Of a stretch of DNA of 64,000 bases, positions 38,617 through 64,000 are shown in pieces. The notes under the pieces were generated by a model. The model made no database searches. It was not told where the DNA came from and was given only the letters and a program-made list of their open reading frames with translations. The stretch spans positions 42,098,001 through 42,162,000 of the forward strand of contig OX597836.1 of assembly GCA_951406725.2 (NCBI GenBank), read 5' to 3'. Each line of letters starts with the position of its first letter. The first letter of the stretch is position 1. The stretch comes from Octopus vulgaris. Its lineage: Eukaryota. Position numbers and translations under genes: made by a program.

Positions 38617-38837
38617 CCCTTTAGCATTCAGATTACTCCATCAAATGTAAAGCCTGTTTAATTACATTATTTTAAATTAATTGCACAGCATCTTGTAACT
38701 CTGAGATTTTGATGATGTCCCTGTTTATTTTTAGATTGATTTTGTAGGGTAGGTGTGAGAGGTCAGAGCTGGCTGGTTTGAGCATATAACAGGAAGACAA
38801 TTTTGGCCTGATATGGCCGGGTTTAAACACTAAAGGG
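38617..38837. mobile_element. TTAA-flanked piggyBac-like MITE (related copies near 25140-25355 and 46150-46372)
   Basis: ttaa-ccctttagcatt...acactaaaggg-ttaa. Confidence 0.7.
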
Positions 38838-39279
38838 TTAAACACAAACAATGATATTGTTTCATGGTTGGAAAATTATTTAGAGTGAAATTCAATAGCA
38901 TCTAACAGTAAAAAATATTTTTCCCCCGTTCACTGGTTGCATGTTGATGGGTATATGTATATAAATTTATATACTTTATTTAAAGCAACAGAAAATGATG
39001 GTAGGTTGAATTTTCTGCTGCTTTAAATAAAGCATATTACTCTACCACTGATATTTGAGTACTCTTTTTTCCACCTTGTTTCACATTTATGTGTTTACTC
39101 CGGTATAAATTTATATATATAAAAAAAAATGCTGACTTGCAGCTTGGTGCATTCTGGGTAGCTGGGCATTGTGGGTGGTTCCTGGAGCTTGTCTTTGGAG
39201 TCCAAGAAGAACTTTTGACTGATTGCTGACCTGTGTTATCAAAGGTCAATTTGTGATGAGCATAACACAAATCACAATT

Positions 39280-39787
39280 GAGTGTACTGTGTTACCCCAG
39301 ATCAGGGATAAATGATGATAGATGTACCACGAATGTTCTGTGTTATCCCAGCTCAGGGATAAATGATGATAGATGTACCATGAGTGTACTGTGTTATCCC
39401 AGATCAGAGATAAATGATGATAGATGTACCACAAGTGTTCTGTGTTATCCCAGATCAGGGATAAATGATGATAGATGTACCACGAGTGTTCTGTGTTATC
39501 CCAGATGAGGGATAAATGATGATAGATGTACCACGAGTGTTCTGTGTTATCCCAGCTCAGGGATAAATGATGATATGTACCACGAGTGTTCTGTGTTATC
39601 CCAGATCAGGGATAAATGATGATAGATGTACCACGAGTGTTCTGTGTTATCCCAGATCAGGGATAAATGATGATAGGTGTACCACAAGTGTTCTGTGTTA
39701 TCCCAGATTTGGGATAAATGATGATAGATGTACCACAAGTGTTCTGTGTTATCCCAGATTTGGGATAAATGATGATAGATGTACCAC
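39280..39787. repeat. 51-bp minisatellite, about 10 copies, with internal hairpin
   Basis: gagtgttctgtgTTATCCCagatcaGGGATAAatgatgatagatgtaccac. Confidence 0.92.
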
Positions 39788-40484
39788 CCCTGTATACTAT
39801 TACACTGTATTGCACACTATACATTATACATATCACAACCTTACACTGTACTATTAATATTCAAGGGAACAAGGGGGACATCTGTGTGGTCACATGACCT
39901 ACTAGAAATAGCAGCTAAATGTCCCAGTAATTATATTTACAGTCTTTCAAAAAATGTAGGATATTATTAAATTATGTTGCCCTTGACAGATTTCAAATAA
40001 AATCCAGGATGGTCATGGCGAAATATACGTCTACTGGTTCATTGCCAATCTACAACGCAACTCCCAACACTATCACCTTCCTATAACAACCATACTATAT
40101 ACAACACTATTTTATCACTATACAGCACAACTATACTATATACCCAACACCACTATTGCCATCCAATGAATGACATCATCAACTTTGTTATATACATCAC
40201 ATTATCACTATCCAGTTGGTTTAGTAAATGCATGAATATCACAACTTCTGTTACCTGTCTTTTATATGGGAGTAAAATTTAGGGATTTGTCCCCCATTTT
40301 TTGATATTGATTTAGTGAGATGGCTGACTCCAGAAAACACTAACATTTTTGATTTTCTGATTAAAATATACACATGTGTGTATGTGTGTGTGTGTATTTA
40401 TATATATATGTATGTATAAGCATAGACTTGTGTGTGTATATATATGTGTGTGTATATATATATATATATATATGTGTGTATGTG

Positions 40485-40533
<49 letters not shown>

Positions 40534-41617
40534 GGCCCAGTGGTTAGAGCGTCGAGCTTACGATCATGAGGTTATGAGTTCAAATCCTGGACCGGGCCGC
40601 GTGTTGTGTTCATGAGCAAGGCACTTTATTTTCACGTTGCTCCAGTTCACTCATCCGTAGAAATCAGTTGTGACGTCACTGGTGCCAAGCTGTATCGGCC
40701 CCTTTGCCTTTCCCTTGGATAACAACTGGTGGCGTGGAAAGGGGAGGCCGGTATGCATGGGCGACAGCTGGTCTTCCATAAACAACATTGTCTGGACTTC
40801 TGCCTGGGAGGGTAACTTTCTAGGTGCAATCTCATGGTCAGTCATGACCGAAAGGGGTCTCAGATATATACATACACACGCATATATATATATATATACA
40901 TATAGGCACAGGAGTGGCTGTGTGGTAAGTAGCTTGTTTACCAACTACATGGTTCCGGGTTCAGTCCCACTGCGTGGCACCTTGGGCAAGTGTCTTCTAC
41001 TATAGTCTCGGGCTGACCAATGCCTTGTGAGTGGATTTGGTAGACGGAAACTGAAAGAAGCCCGTCGTATATATGTATATATATATATGCGTGTCCGTAT
41101 TTGTCCCCCTAGCATTGCTTGACAACCGATACAGGTGTGTTTATGTCCCGGTTACTTAGCAGTTCGGCAAAAGAGACCGATAGAATAAGTACTGGGCTTA
41201 CAAAAGAATAAGTCCCAGGGTCGAGTTGCTCGATTAGAGGCGGTGCTCCAGCATGGCCGCAGTCAAATGACTGAAACAAGTAATAGAGTAAAGAGTAAAA
41301 GAGTATATAAACAAACAATTCCAATAAAAAAGACAGAAATGGATGGGAGGACATGCACAACAAATATGTATAAGCTCGATGCTCAGTAAGGAGAGAACTT
41401 GATGTTTTGAGCATAAGCTCTTTGTTGGAAAAAAGAAAGGGAGAAGGAATCGCCAACGGCACACGTGTAGTTACATTGGTGAAGACATTATTGTTATTAT
41501 TATAAATAGTAATAACAATAATAAACTTTGGATGGAATTTACAAATATTTTAATCCCTATGCGAACTTAAAGGATGTATGTATGTTTATATGTTTATATA
41601 TATATATATTGTCTGTG

Positions 41618-41679
<62 letters not shown>

Positions 41680-42009
41680 AAGGGCAAGCAACAGGTTACT
41701 TTGCCACATACCAAAAAATTAGAAATAGCAGTCAAAGACCACTTATTTCTATTTTCAACAAATATAACTCTACATAGTTATATTTGTTGAAAATAGAAAT
41801 AAGTGGTCTTTGACTGCTATTTCTAATTTTTCGGTATGTCGGTAAGCAACATGTTGCTTGCCCTTTTTATTTATATATATATATATAGAACTTTTTGAAA
41901 AGATTCCTACTGATAATGGTTATATTTCCATACTGAAATCTACCCGGAAATAATTGTTGATTTTAAAATTAATAATTATTTACCCTTATATTATCAATAT
42001 ATATATATA

Positions 42010-42392
42010 GGCGCAGGAGTGGCTGTGTGGTAAGTAGCTTGCTTACCAACCACATGGTTCCAGGTTCAGTCCCACTGCGTGGCACCTTGGGCAAGTGTCA
42101 TCTACTGTAGCCTCGGGCCGATCAAAGCCTTGTGAGTGGATTTGGTTGACGGAAACTGAAAGAAGCCCATCATATATATGCGTTTGTATGTCTGAGTCTG
42201 TGCCCCTAGCATTGCTTGACAACCGATGCTGGTGTGTTTATGTACCCGTTACTTAGCGGTTCGGCAAAAGAGACTGATAAAATAAGTACTGGGCTTACAA
42301 AAGAATAAGTCCTGGGGTCAAGTTGCTCGATTAAAGGCGGTGCTCCAGCATGGCCGCAGTCAAATGACTGAAACAAGTAAAAGAGTAAAAGA
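42010..42392 (+). mobile_element. tRNA-derived CORE-like SINE family B (others at 1-283 and 40905-41302 on +; 19267-19675, 26050-26490, 51670-51890 on -)
   Basis: ggcgcaggagtggctgtgtggtaag...ggttcagtcccactgcgtggcaccttgggcaag, internal (TA/TG)n, tail aaaagagt repeats. Confidence 0.85.
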
Positions 42393-42461
42393 GATACTTA
42401 TATTATACATACATGTACATACTTATGCTATCTCTGATATATATACTCTTGTAATAGATGT

Positions 42462-42676
42462 CCAGCCCAGTCCCTGGATATGTCGCCCGGCTCACCGATA
42501 ATCAGTGGACGCACGCAGTTGTCGAGTGGTACCCACGTGAGCGGAAATGACCACCAGGAAGACCTCCACGATTTCAGGAGGACGATCGGGATCACGTGGA
42601 TGAGAAAGGCGCGATCCAGGGAGGAGTGACCAGCGGTGCCAAATGGACGCCCGACGGACTGGTCAGTCAAGGTGAT
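42462..42676 (+). mobile_element. 5'-truncated RTE LINE 3' end with TSD
   Basis: GYVARLTDNQWTHAVVEWYPRERK*PPGRPP; TSD taatagatgt on both sides. Confidence 0.75.
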
Positions 42677-43008
42677 AATAGATGTACACTGATGAGACGG
42701 AAGGAATATGTCAATCTCGTTCCGATGTGGGATAAACTGTCGTTAGAAGGAAGATAGAATTAATATCAAAATGGTTCAGGCAGAATATTTCATTTGAAAG
42801 GTATACATACATATATATAAATATATTTACAATCATACACACAAACATGTATGCATACATTTATATATAAATACACACCGTTCTCACAACTAGCCTCACC
42901 TTTCAACTACACACCTTTATATATATATATATATATACATATAAATATCTACATGTATATGGTTCATTTTATATATTATTGTAAAAATAACAATTTATGA
43001 TGGTGATG

Positions 43009-43041
<33 letters not shown>

Positions 43042-43660
43042 GAAAAGCAAGTTACCGTTTCCAAGGAGACCATTCGTGCCCAATTTTTTTATTGTTTATT
43101 TTTAATCACCAAATTTGTCTTTTTGTCACCCTCTTTCCTACCTATCTATCTATCTGTCTATCTATCTATCTCTGTGTTTGACTATCTGTCTGTCTGTTTG
43201 TCCACGGATATCTCTATCTGTTAATCTACTTGTTCCTGTCTTAGGAGTTTTATTCTTTTTTGTTTTCCCTTTCTATTTTTTGGGGATTCTGAACACCTAT
43301 AAAAAATAACACTTCTCTCATAGACACACTCACATACTTCTTTCATAGACTCAAACACACACACACAAACACATATACAGATTGAAATGACAAAACGGAG
43401 ACAAAAAGAAGAGTTAGGCTTCAATTCCAAGGGAGAGAAGTATTTTTTTTTTTTTTTTTTTTTTTTTGAATTTACAAAAATTGTGCCAATATCATTAATT
43501 GACAAGACCAAAAATATTGATTATATAAATATATATACGTGACTCAAAAACTGAAATAAAGCATGCAAGTAGAGACTGCAAATACCAATGGAACGGCTGT
43601 CGGCTTCAAATGAATGAGTGTGTGTGTGCATATATATATATATATATATCCATATATATA

Positions 43661-44055
43661 CCCTCTGTGTGAAAAGTCTGGCTGCATCCGAAAAAACATA
43701 ATATTATGAAACAAAAATAAACACAAAATTTATTACATGAATCTGTTACCACCACAACAGTCAACTATTTGACGCCGAACGCGAGTTTGATGTTGAATAC
43801 ATCCACGAATTTTCCGCTCAGATAGCTCTTCCCAAGACTGCAAGACGGCTTCGTGCAAATTCATGCCTCGGTTCGTAAGCAAGCTACTTACCACACTATT
43901 TTTATAGTAACGTGACAAGGAGTTAAAACTTCTATCTTGGTAAACTTTAATAAGAGAGAGATAACCAACTTTGTTAGAGATCTTTCTTCAAACATTAAAA
44001 ATTCTGCGCTACAGAATTGTTAACGTGTATGCAGCCAGACTTTTCACACAGAGGA
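43661..44055 (-). mobile_element. Tc1-like deletion derivative (MITE)
   Basis: TIR cctctgtgtgaaaagtctggctgcat / atgcagccagacttttcacacagagg in a TA context; residual transposase-like C-terminus LHEAVLQSWEELSERKIRGCIQH...IVDCCGG. Confidence 0.8.
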
Positions 44056-44901
44056 TATATATTATTAGATGAATGGGAATAGAAGACTGATTATATAACT
44101 ATGTGATAAAATTATTGAATATTTAAACCTGTTACTGAAACATTGACTATATAACTAAGTGAATGAACAACTGACTATATAAGTATTTCCAAAAGGCTTA
44201 CTATATAGATATATATAGATATATATAATAATAATAATATTAGGGAGTAAATCCAAACTTACAGGGAAAAAATTAGATTTAGGATTAAATCTAATTTTAC
44301 AGTATAAATATAAATTAAATTAGAGATAAAACCACTATTAGGCAAATCAAACAGTGAAAAACAGAGAAATAAAAATAATTATATATATATTAATTATTTT
44401 TATTTCTATATTTTGGTTTGTTTTTCACTGATTTGCCTAATAGTGGTTTTATCTCTAATTTAATTTATATATATATATATATATATATTTCCTAAAAGCT
44501 GATTATATAAATACTTTCAAAAGACTGCCTGTATAATTATTTCTAAATAGCTGACTATATAATTATTTCCGAAATGCTGACTGTTGTAGATATTTCCGAA
44601 ACACGACTATATAAATATACGGCCCAAAGGCTGACTATATAAATGTGCAGCCAAAAGCTTGACCAGAAAAGTATATAAGACCACAAGACTATATATATAT
44701 ATATATATATAAACCACCACATGGCTCTTATGTGCCTTTAGCTGAGTCATTGAGGCCAGATGTCCAGACTGAGGATTACTGAGTGCATTGTTTCAATTAA
44801 TCTCAGGGAACCTAGGGAACAGTCTTTGCTGTCACCTAGCCTCCTCTGACTCAGTCATTTAATAATATGTATATATACCTGTATGTGTGTGTGTGTGTGT
44901 G

Positions 44902-44938
<37 letters not shown>

Positions 44939-45265
44939 TTAATATTTAGCAGAAGTAACAGAATCACTCAGGGTCCAAGAGTTTCATGCATTGGCAATGA
45001 AATTGTTTGACTTTTAGTCACTCTGTTGCTTCCGCTAAATATTAATAAATATATACACATACTCATGTTTTGTATTCTGTTTTTCCTGTTTGCACCAACA
45101 TACCTATATATATATATGTGTGTGTATGTATGTATATATGTCTGTATGTATATATATATATGTATATATATATATGTATGTATGTATATATATTTATATA
45201 TATATATATATATCTGTACGTATATATATATATGTCTGTACGTATATATATATATATGTCTGTAC

Positions 45266-45300
<35 letters not shown>

Positions 45301-45441
45301 TGTATGTATATATATATATATATGTCTGTATGTATATATATATATATATATATATGTCTGTATGTATATATATATATATATATGTCTGTATATATATATG
45401 TCTGTATGTATATATATATATATAATATGTGTGTGTGTATG

Positions 45442-45480
<39 letters not shown>

Positions 45481-45557
45481 ATGTGTGTATACATTTATTA
45501 TGTATGTAGGTAGGTGGATAGATAGAAAACAAACTGACTGGCTAAATTAAACATAAA

Positions 45558-45591
<34 letters not shown>

Positions 45592-47204
45592 ATTGAAAAA
45601 CACACAAATATTTGCACATACTTACACACACGCATACTCATAGATATACGCACACATCCATACACCCATAGAGTTGAGAGCTACAGCTGACCCAAGAACT
45701 GGTCAAGCAGCCATTCGGTCAGTGGTATTGACGCCCTTCACATCCAATGGCCTCTGCCTTTGACTTACACAGTTAACTCTCAATGGTTCAGTCCAAGTTC
45801 ACATGGAAAACAATAGGTGCCATGAGGAGGTATTGATGCCCAGTATATCTGTATGTTGTCATTACGTTTACTAAGTTGCAATCCCTCCCATGGAGTTTAG
45901 AAAGCCACTTCAATGTATCCACCCTGAACTGTGGCCACAGCACACCCCTGGTTCCAGTCAGTATGTTTCATTGCTGATTTTATGGATATTTCTACTTTGG
46001 AAAAATAGTCAACTGATTGACAAACATTTGTTGCACTTGTTTGAAATAAATAAAATATTTTTAAAAAAAAACGTCTGCTATTCAAAATTTTTTTTTTTTA
46101 ATGTACATGTATATCTGTGTATTTGTCTTTTGATCTCATTATCATCATAATTATTCTGTGTTCGCATTATTCTGCCAAAATTAATCCTTTTTTATCCACA
46201 TTGTTTTGAACTAATCATGCATTATCTTGTAGCTATGAGATTGTGATGAAGTAGCTGTTAATTTTTAAAACAATATTGTAGGGTTGGTGTGAGAGACCAG
46301 ATCTGGCCAGTTTGAACATAAAACAAGCAGAATACTTTTGGCTGGATACGGCCGGTTTAAATGCTAAAGGGTTAATGTCCACTTTTCCATGTTTGCACAG
46401 ACCAAGCAGAATTTGCTGAGACATATTTTCTACAGCTGGATGCTCTTCCTCTTGCCAACCCTCACCTGTTATATTTTCCCATGATCAGGCATATTTCCTA
46501 TGACAGGTTGTCCTTCCTGTGGCCAAACAAGGTAGCATTTTCTCATAGTCAGGCATATTTTCTACAGTTGGTTGCCCTTTCTTTCACTGACCTTCACCTG
46601 TTTCCAAGCAAAGTAACATTGTCCCATGGTCAAGCATATTTTCTACTGCAGGTTGCCCATTCTTTTACCAACCCTCACCTGTTCCCAAGCAAGATGATAT
46701 TTTTCCATGCTTGAGTGAGTCAGACAAATTATTTTCTACAGCTGGGTACCCTTCCTGTCACCAACCTTTGCCTGTTTCCAAGCAAGGTAACATTTTCCAG
46801 TTGTCAGGCATGTTTTCTTCAGCAGTGAAAGAAGGTTTTTTGCTCAAGAACACAACGCATCACATGATCCAGGGATCAAAGCCACAATCTTAGAATCTCA
46901 AATCTAATACTTTAACCTCTGAGTCATGTACTTCCACATATGTAGTATGTATGTATATATATATATATATATATATATAGATTAGATTAGAGGTTGTGTT
47001 AACCTCATGAAGGGATGGCTTCATCCAAAGAAATACTGGTTCAATGTCTGCTATAATGAATCCATAAACATATAAAACATCCAAAGGTATATTTTTTCCC
47101 CTCTGAAGATATTTGGCTCAGGTCATATAGATATAGATTCAATATTTACTGAGCATTGATTGAAACAGCTGTAAAGTAAAAATCATTAATTTGTTGTACT
47201 TTTC

Positions 47205-47345
47205 AGATAATGATGAACTTACGATGTAAAGTCTTGGTTCCAAACGCAAAATATCGACTTCTACAGACGGTCTTCACAGCGGCATAAAGTGATAGGATAA
47301 GTGTGTCACCATTGGTGGTGGCCATGTAGAGAAGGACTTATAATT
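47205..47345 (+). mobile_element. Mariner transposase C-terminal relic
   Basis: Frameshifted DVKSWFQTQNIDFYRR...DKCVTIGGGHVEK. Confidence 0.5.
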
Positions 47346-49352
47346 ATGCCAAGTTTCGTTTATCCTCGTACTTGGGAAGCGGGCCAGGGAAAACCTTTAA
47401 TGAACACTCCTCATACCTAAATTTCAGGAATGGGATTTTAAGACTAAAATTGAAAGAAGGTTTATGTTTTCTTACCCACAGGCTCCACCAGGACTACAAT
47501 CACCAGACTGTCCCCTATAGCCTTCCCCATATTACATCCTGAGAACACAACCAAGTCTTTAACTAAACCACATATATATATGAGTGACACTATGTCGGTT
47601 ACAATGACGAGGGTCCCAGTTGATTTGATCAACGGAACGTCCTGCTGTGAAATTAACGTGCAAGTGGCTGAGTACTCCACTGATACATATACTCTTAACG
47701 TAGTTCTCGGGGAGATTTCAGCATGACGCAGGGTGTGATAGAGCTGGCCCTTTGAACTATGGAGATTACTCATGTTCGCCAGGTGAGTGGACTGGAGCAA
47801 CGACACAACGCCCCAACGGGAATCGAACTAATGGCCTTACGACCGTGAGACGAATGGCCCCTTGTAACTAAGTCACGTGCCTTCAAAAACACTATATACA
47901 TATAAATGCACATATGAATACGTGCCCAAACAGGGTGTTAAAGGTTCAGGCATCTGCGGCCCTATTCAAACCCCACCAAAGAACTCCGACACATTTATCA
48001 GCCCTACACGCCTACCAACTCCTGAAACAAGTGCTACAGTATGACCACAGTCCAGTGACTAAATCCAGTAATATGGCATAAACTAACCTCAAGGCTACGG
48101 AGAATTTTTTTAGGGAACGAGGGCAGAAGGGATGAACTGAATTATATTTCCCTCAGTACATAACTGGTACTTGCTCTATTCAGCCTGAAATGATGAACAA
48201 CTAAGTAAACTCCAGCAGGATTTTGATACCCAACATAAAAAAGGGCCATTCAAAATACAATGGCCATCAAACTACGACAGCAGCAGCTTCTGCCCTTGCC
48301 GCTGGCCCCAAGAATGCTCCTTGCCACCAAGCCACGTGCCTTCAAAAACACTATATACATATGAATGCACATGTGCATACATGCCCAAACAGGGTGTTAA
48401 AGGTTCAGGCATCTGCGCCCCTTTTCCAACCCCACCAAAGAACTCCGACACATGTATCAGCCCTACACACGTACCTATTTCTTTACTACCCACAAGGGGC
48501 TAAACACAGAAGGGACAAACAAGGACAAACAAACGGATTAAGTCGATTAACGACCCCAGTGCATAACTGGTACTTTTTTAATCGACCCCGAAAGGATGAA
48601 AGGCAAAGTTGACCTCGGCGGAATTTGAACTCAGAACGTAGCAGCAGGCGAAATACCGCTAAGCATTTCGCCCGGCATGCTAACGTTTCTGCCACAACCC
48701 CTTAACACCCTACAGATATTTCTACCCAACAGATTTGCCTTCTTATAATCAAACAGAAGAATTTTGACACCAAGGGACGTAACTCTTAGTAAATTCCACA
48801 CAATTATTTTCCATAACTTCATTTCGTCCCTTCCTTTTACAACAACCACAAACGAAATGTGGCATTTTGTCACCTCCTGCCACAAGGCACAGTCGAATAT
48901 TTATTCTATGCCTTCCATCTCTGACTCGGAAGCACATGTGTTTTAGATAACCATCCAGCTATCCAATATCTGGTTATCTGACAATAATTTTACATTAAAC
49001 TGAATACTTTTTCTCGAGTATTTATTTACTATTTTTCGTTTTGGGATTTGGTTTGCAGGAGTCTTTATATGAGTTCGTGTGTTGAAGCATATTCTATTGT
49101 GTCTGGGGAGAGTCATTTTCTCTTCACCGGTAAAATTTCCACGTTTTTCTTATTTTTATTGTCCTCAAATTTTCGTTGCGTCTTGCAACCTTTTCAATAG
49201 TTTTATTTATTATACTTTAACAAGAACAGCTTCACGAAGTCTCGGATTGCTTATCCTTCATCAGACTGTGATATGTTTGAGTTCATCTATTAAACTGCCC
49301 ACAGCTATAATGTAGTCAATCATACTAAAAATGTAAAATCATAAACCATTCT

Positions 49353-61417
<12,065 letters not shown>

Positions 61418-62759
61418 CTGTGGAAAACACAAGGAAATATATTCTGAGTTACAATGATGCCCAAAGTAATAGCAACACCTACAACAACAACAACAGCAAC
61501 AGCAAGTGGAGGCACAATGGCCCAGTGGTTAGTGCAGCGGACTCGCGGTTTCGATTCCCAGTCTGGGCGATGTGTGTGTTTATTGAGCGAAAACGCCTAA
61601 AGCTCCACGAGGCTCCGGCAGAAGGTGGTGGCGACCCCTGTTGTACTCTTTCGCTCCAACTTTCTCTCACTCTTTCTTCCTGTTTCTTGTCCCCTACTTC
61701 CTACGCAACTGCTGAGCCTGGATGCGCATTCATTCATCCACCCGTCGATGCTCTCGGTGTCGGGGGTTGACCTGCTTTCTCTTCTGCGGGTCTTACGAAT
61801 AGCAAAGGACCACGTTTCGGACCGATCAGACCGGACCGCTCAACAGCAGCAACAGCAGCAACAACATACCAATAAGTATTAAAGGAATGGTGGTGGTGGG
61901 GGCGGGGGTTCCTACATACAGTAGCAAGCAAAAAATGAGAATGATTAATATTTTTTTGTATTTCACAAAAACTTTAGTTAAATATATTCAATGAGACTAT
62001 TATATTTTGAATTTATATTGAGTGCTGTTAATACTTGGCATGTTCGTGCCGGTGGCACGTAAAACGCACCACCCGATCGTGGCCGTTTGCCAGCCTCGTC
62101 TGGCACCTGTGCCGGTGGCACGTAAAAAGCACCCACTACGCTCATGGAGTGGTTGGCGTTAGGAAGGGCATCCAGCCATAGAAACATTGCCAGATCAGGC
62201 TGGGCCTGGTGCAGCCTTCTGGCTTCCCAGACCGCAGTTGAACCGTCCAACCCATGCTAGCATGGAAAGCGGATGTTAAACGATGATGATGATTAATACT
62301 ATTAAAGTATTTATATATTTAATATGAGTGATTATATACATTTTATAATATATTATTATTAATATCAGGAAATCGATATTAGAAAATTCTTCAGAAAGAT
62401 ATGATAATAACTAACATGGTTACTGCTCAGAAATGGTCGATAAATGCTAAATAACAGGGGAAAAAAATTTGGTTACTTTATCTCGTGTACCTATTGAATG
62501 AAGAATGCCTAAAAGAGACATACATTTACCGTATGTTTAATTCTTGGCCATTTTCAAAGGCCTGTCGGTGGAAACATATACAAGATACACTTGATTTGAT
62601 CGGATATTTGAACTCTACAGAAAAAGGTAACCCCAAACACATAAGCTTGCCATGTTAGAAGAATAATAACTGTCTCAAGTTGATCTGAGCAACTCATTCG
62701 GAAAAAGATGTAAAATTAATTGATGTTATAAAGGCCTACATTTTCAAAACTATCAAAGA

Positions 62760-63115
62760 CTAGCAGTATCGCCCGGCGTTGCTCGGGTTTGTAAGGGAAA
62801 TAACTATAAAGCATTTTTAGAGTTATAGCCAAAAAATGGGAAAAAAATTATGGTAAATTTTTTTTAGTTAAAAAGGTCGAGTTGCGTCCCCTAGACAGTC
62901 TGTGGTTTGTGTTTATGATTCTCGACCCCATGTCGAATTTATCGATTTTTTTCAGAACTGGGGGAACTTTTCAAAATTTTCTCTGCGTTAGTTTTGAATT
63001 ATGACATTGGGCTATGTGTGTGTCAAGTTTCATCAGAATCGGTTGAAAGCCGTGGTGAGGGTGAGGGTACAACCTAACAGACACACAGACAAACTGCCGT
63101 TTATATATAGAGAGA
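62760..63115 (-). mobile_element. Non-autonomous Helitron-like element, copy 1
   Basis: Minus strand starts TC(tctctatatataaacggc) and ends with hairpin cccgagcaacgccggg plus CTAG. It is inserted at A|T with no TSD (empty site at 63838/63839). Confidence 0.85.
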
Positions 63116-63298
63116 TATTGATCTAATACTTGACATGATGGGAAAATATTCATACTATCCCAAACACATGGCTTCAAAGTTGTGCTTGCCATACTAGAAG
63201 AATAATAACTGTCTCAAGTTGATCTGAGCAACTCATTCGGAAAAAGATGTAAAATTAATTGATGTTATAAAGGCCTACATTTTCAAAACTATCAAAGA

Positions 63299-63655
63299 CT
63301 AGCAGTATCGCCCGGCGTTGCTCGGGTTTGTAAGGGAAAAACTATAAAGCATTTTTAGAGAGTTATAGCCAAAAAATGGGAAAAAAATTATGGTAAATTT
63401 TTTTTTAGTTAAAAAGGTCGAGTTGCGTCCCCTAGACAGTCTGTGGTTTGTGTTTATGATTCTCGACCCCATGTCGAATTTATCGATTTTTTCAGAACTG
63501 GGGGAACTTTTCAAAATTTTCTCTGCGTTAGTTTTGAATTATGACATTGGGCTATGTGTGTGTCAAGTTTCATCAGAATCGGTTGAAAGCCGTGGTCAGG
63601 GTGAGGGTACAACCTAACAGACACACAGACAAACTGCCGTTTATATATAGAGAGA
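63299..63655 (-). mobile_element. Non-autonomous Helitron-like element, copy 2
   Basis: Near-identical to 62760-63115, at the equivalent position of the next repeat unit. Confidence 0.85.
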
Positions 63656-64000
63656 TATTGATCTAATACTTGACATGATGGGAAAATATTCATACTATCC
63701 CAAACAGATGGCTTCAAAGTTGTGCTTGCCATACTAGAAGAATAATAACTGTCTCAAGTTGATCTGAGCAGCTCATTCGGAAAAAGATGTAAAATTAATT
63801 GATGTTATAAAGGCCTACATTTTCAAAACTATCAAAGATATTGATCTAATACTTGACATGATGGGAAAATATTCATACTATCCCAAACACATGGCTTCAA
63901 AGTTGTGCTTGCCATACTAGAAGAATAATAAATGTCTCAAGTTGATCTGAGCAACTCATTCGGAAAAAGATATAAAATTAATTGATGTTATAAAGGCCTA

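Larger units (their letters stand above)
62645..64000. repeat. Tandem array of 183-bp units, two junctions interrupted by the Helitron
   Basis: Unit tattgatctaatacttgac...actatcaaaga at 63116-63298, 63656-63838 and 63839-end; partial unit at 62645-62759. Confidence 0.9.

Noticed and set aside
39280-39787. CRISPR-like array
   Set aside because: No unique spacers, no cas genes, and a eukaryotic context; it is a minisatellite.
49225-49270. Hammerhead in the TPR gene 3'UTR (CTGATGA-ggat/atcc-GAGAC)
   Set aside because: The GAAA core is mutated and there is no NUH triplet; at best an inactive relic.
62530-62615. Possible upstream TPR exon (ctgtag|...|gtaaat, minus strand)
   Set aside because: The only open frame ends in phase 2, but the next exon needs phase 1, and the peptide is not TPR-like.

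Overview
AT-rich, repeat-dense eukaryotic DNA. The SINE/MITE repertoire and the rRNA fragments suggest an octopus (coleoid cephalopod) genome, which is an inference. Two convergent multi-exon genes were rebuilt by hand with phase-consistent GT-AG introns, and neither has an identifiable 5' end in the window. (1) The + strand gene (7 exons, 9464-32428) encodes a KAT6A/B-type double PHD finger joined to a SAMD1/SAMD13-type SAM domain, with no MYST acetyltransferase domain between them. (2) The - strand gene (7 exons, 61417-49353) encodes a TPR-repeat protein. The rest of the window is tRNA-derived SINEs, RTE/CR1/R4 LINE fragments, Tc1/mariner-, piggyBac-, Merlin- and Helitron-type non-autonomous elements, micro/minisatellites and dispersed 18S and 28S rRNA fragments. 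It also holds Penelope-type repeats carrying minimal hammerhead ribozyme motifs and a 2.3-kb fold-back of ~490-bp tandem units. Most ORF-track entries are microsatellite or SINE artefacts.
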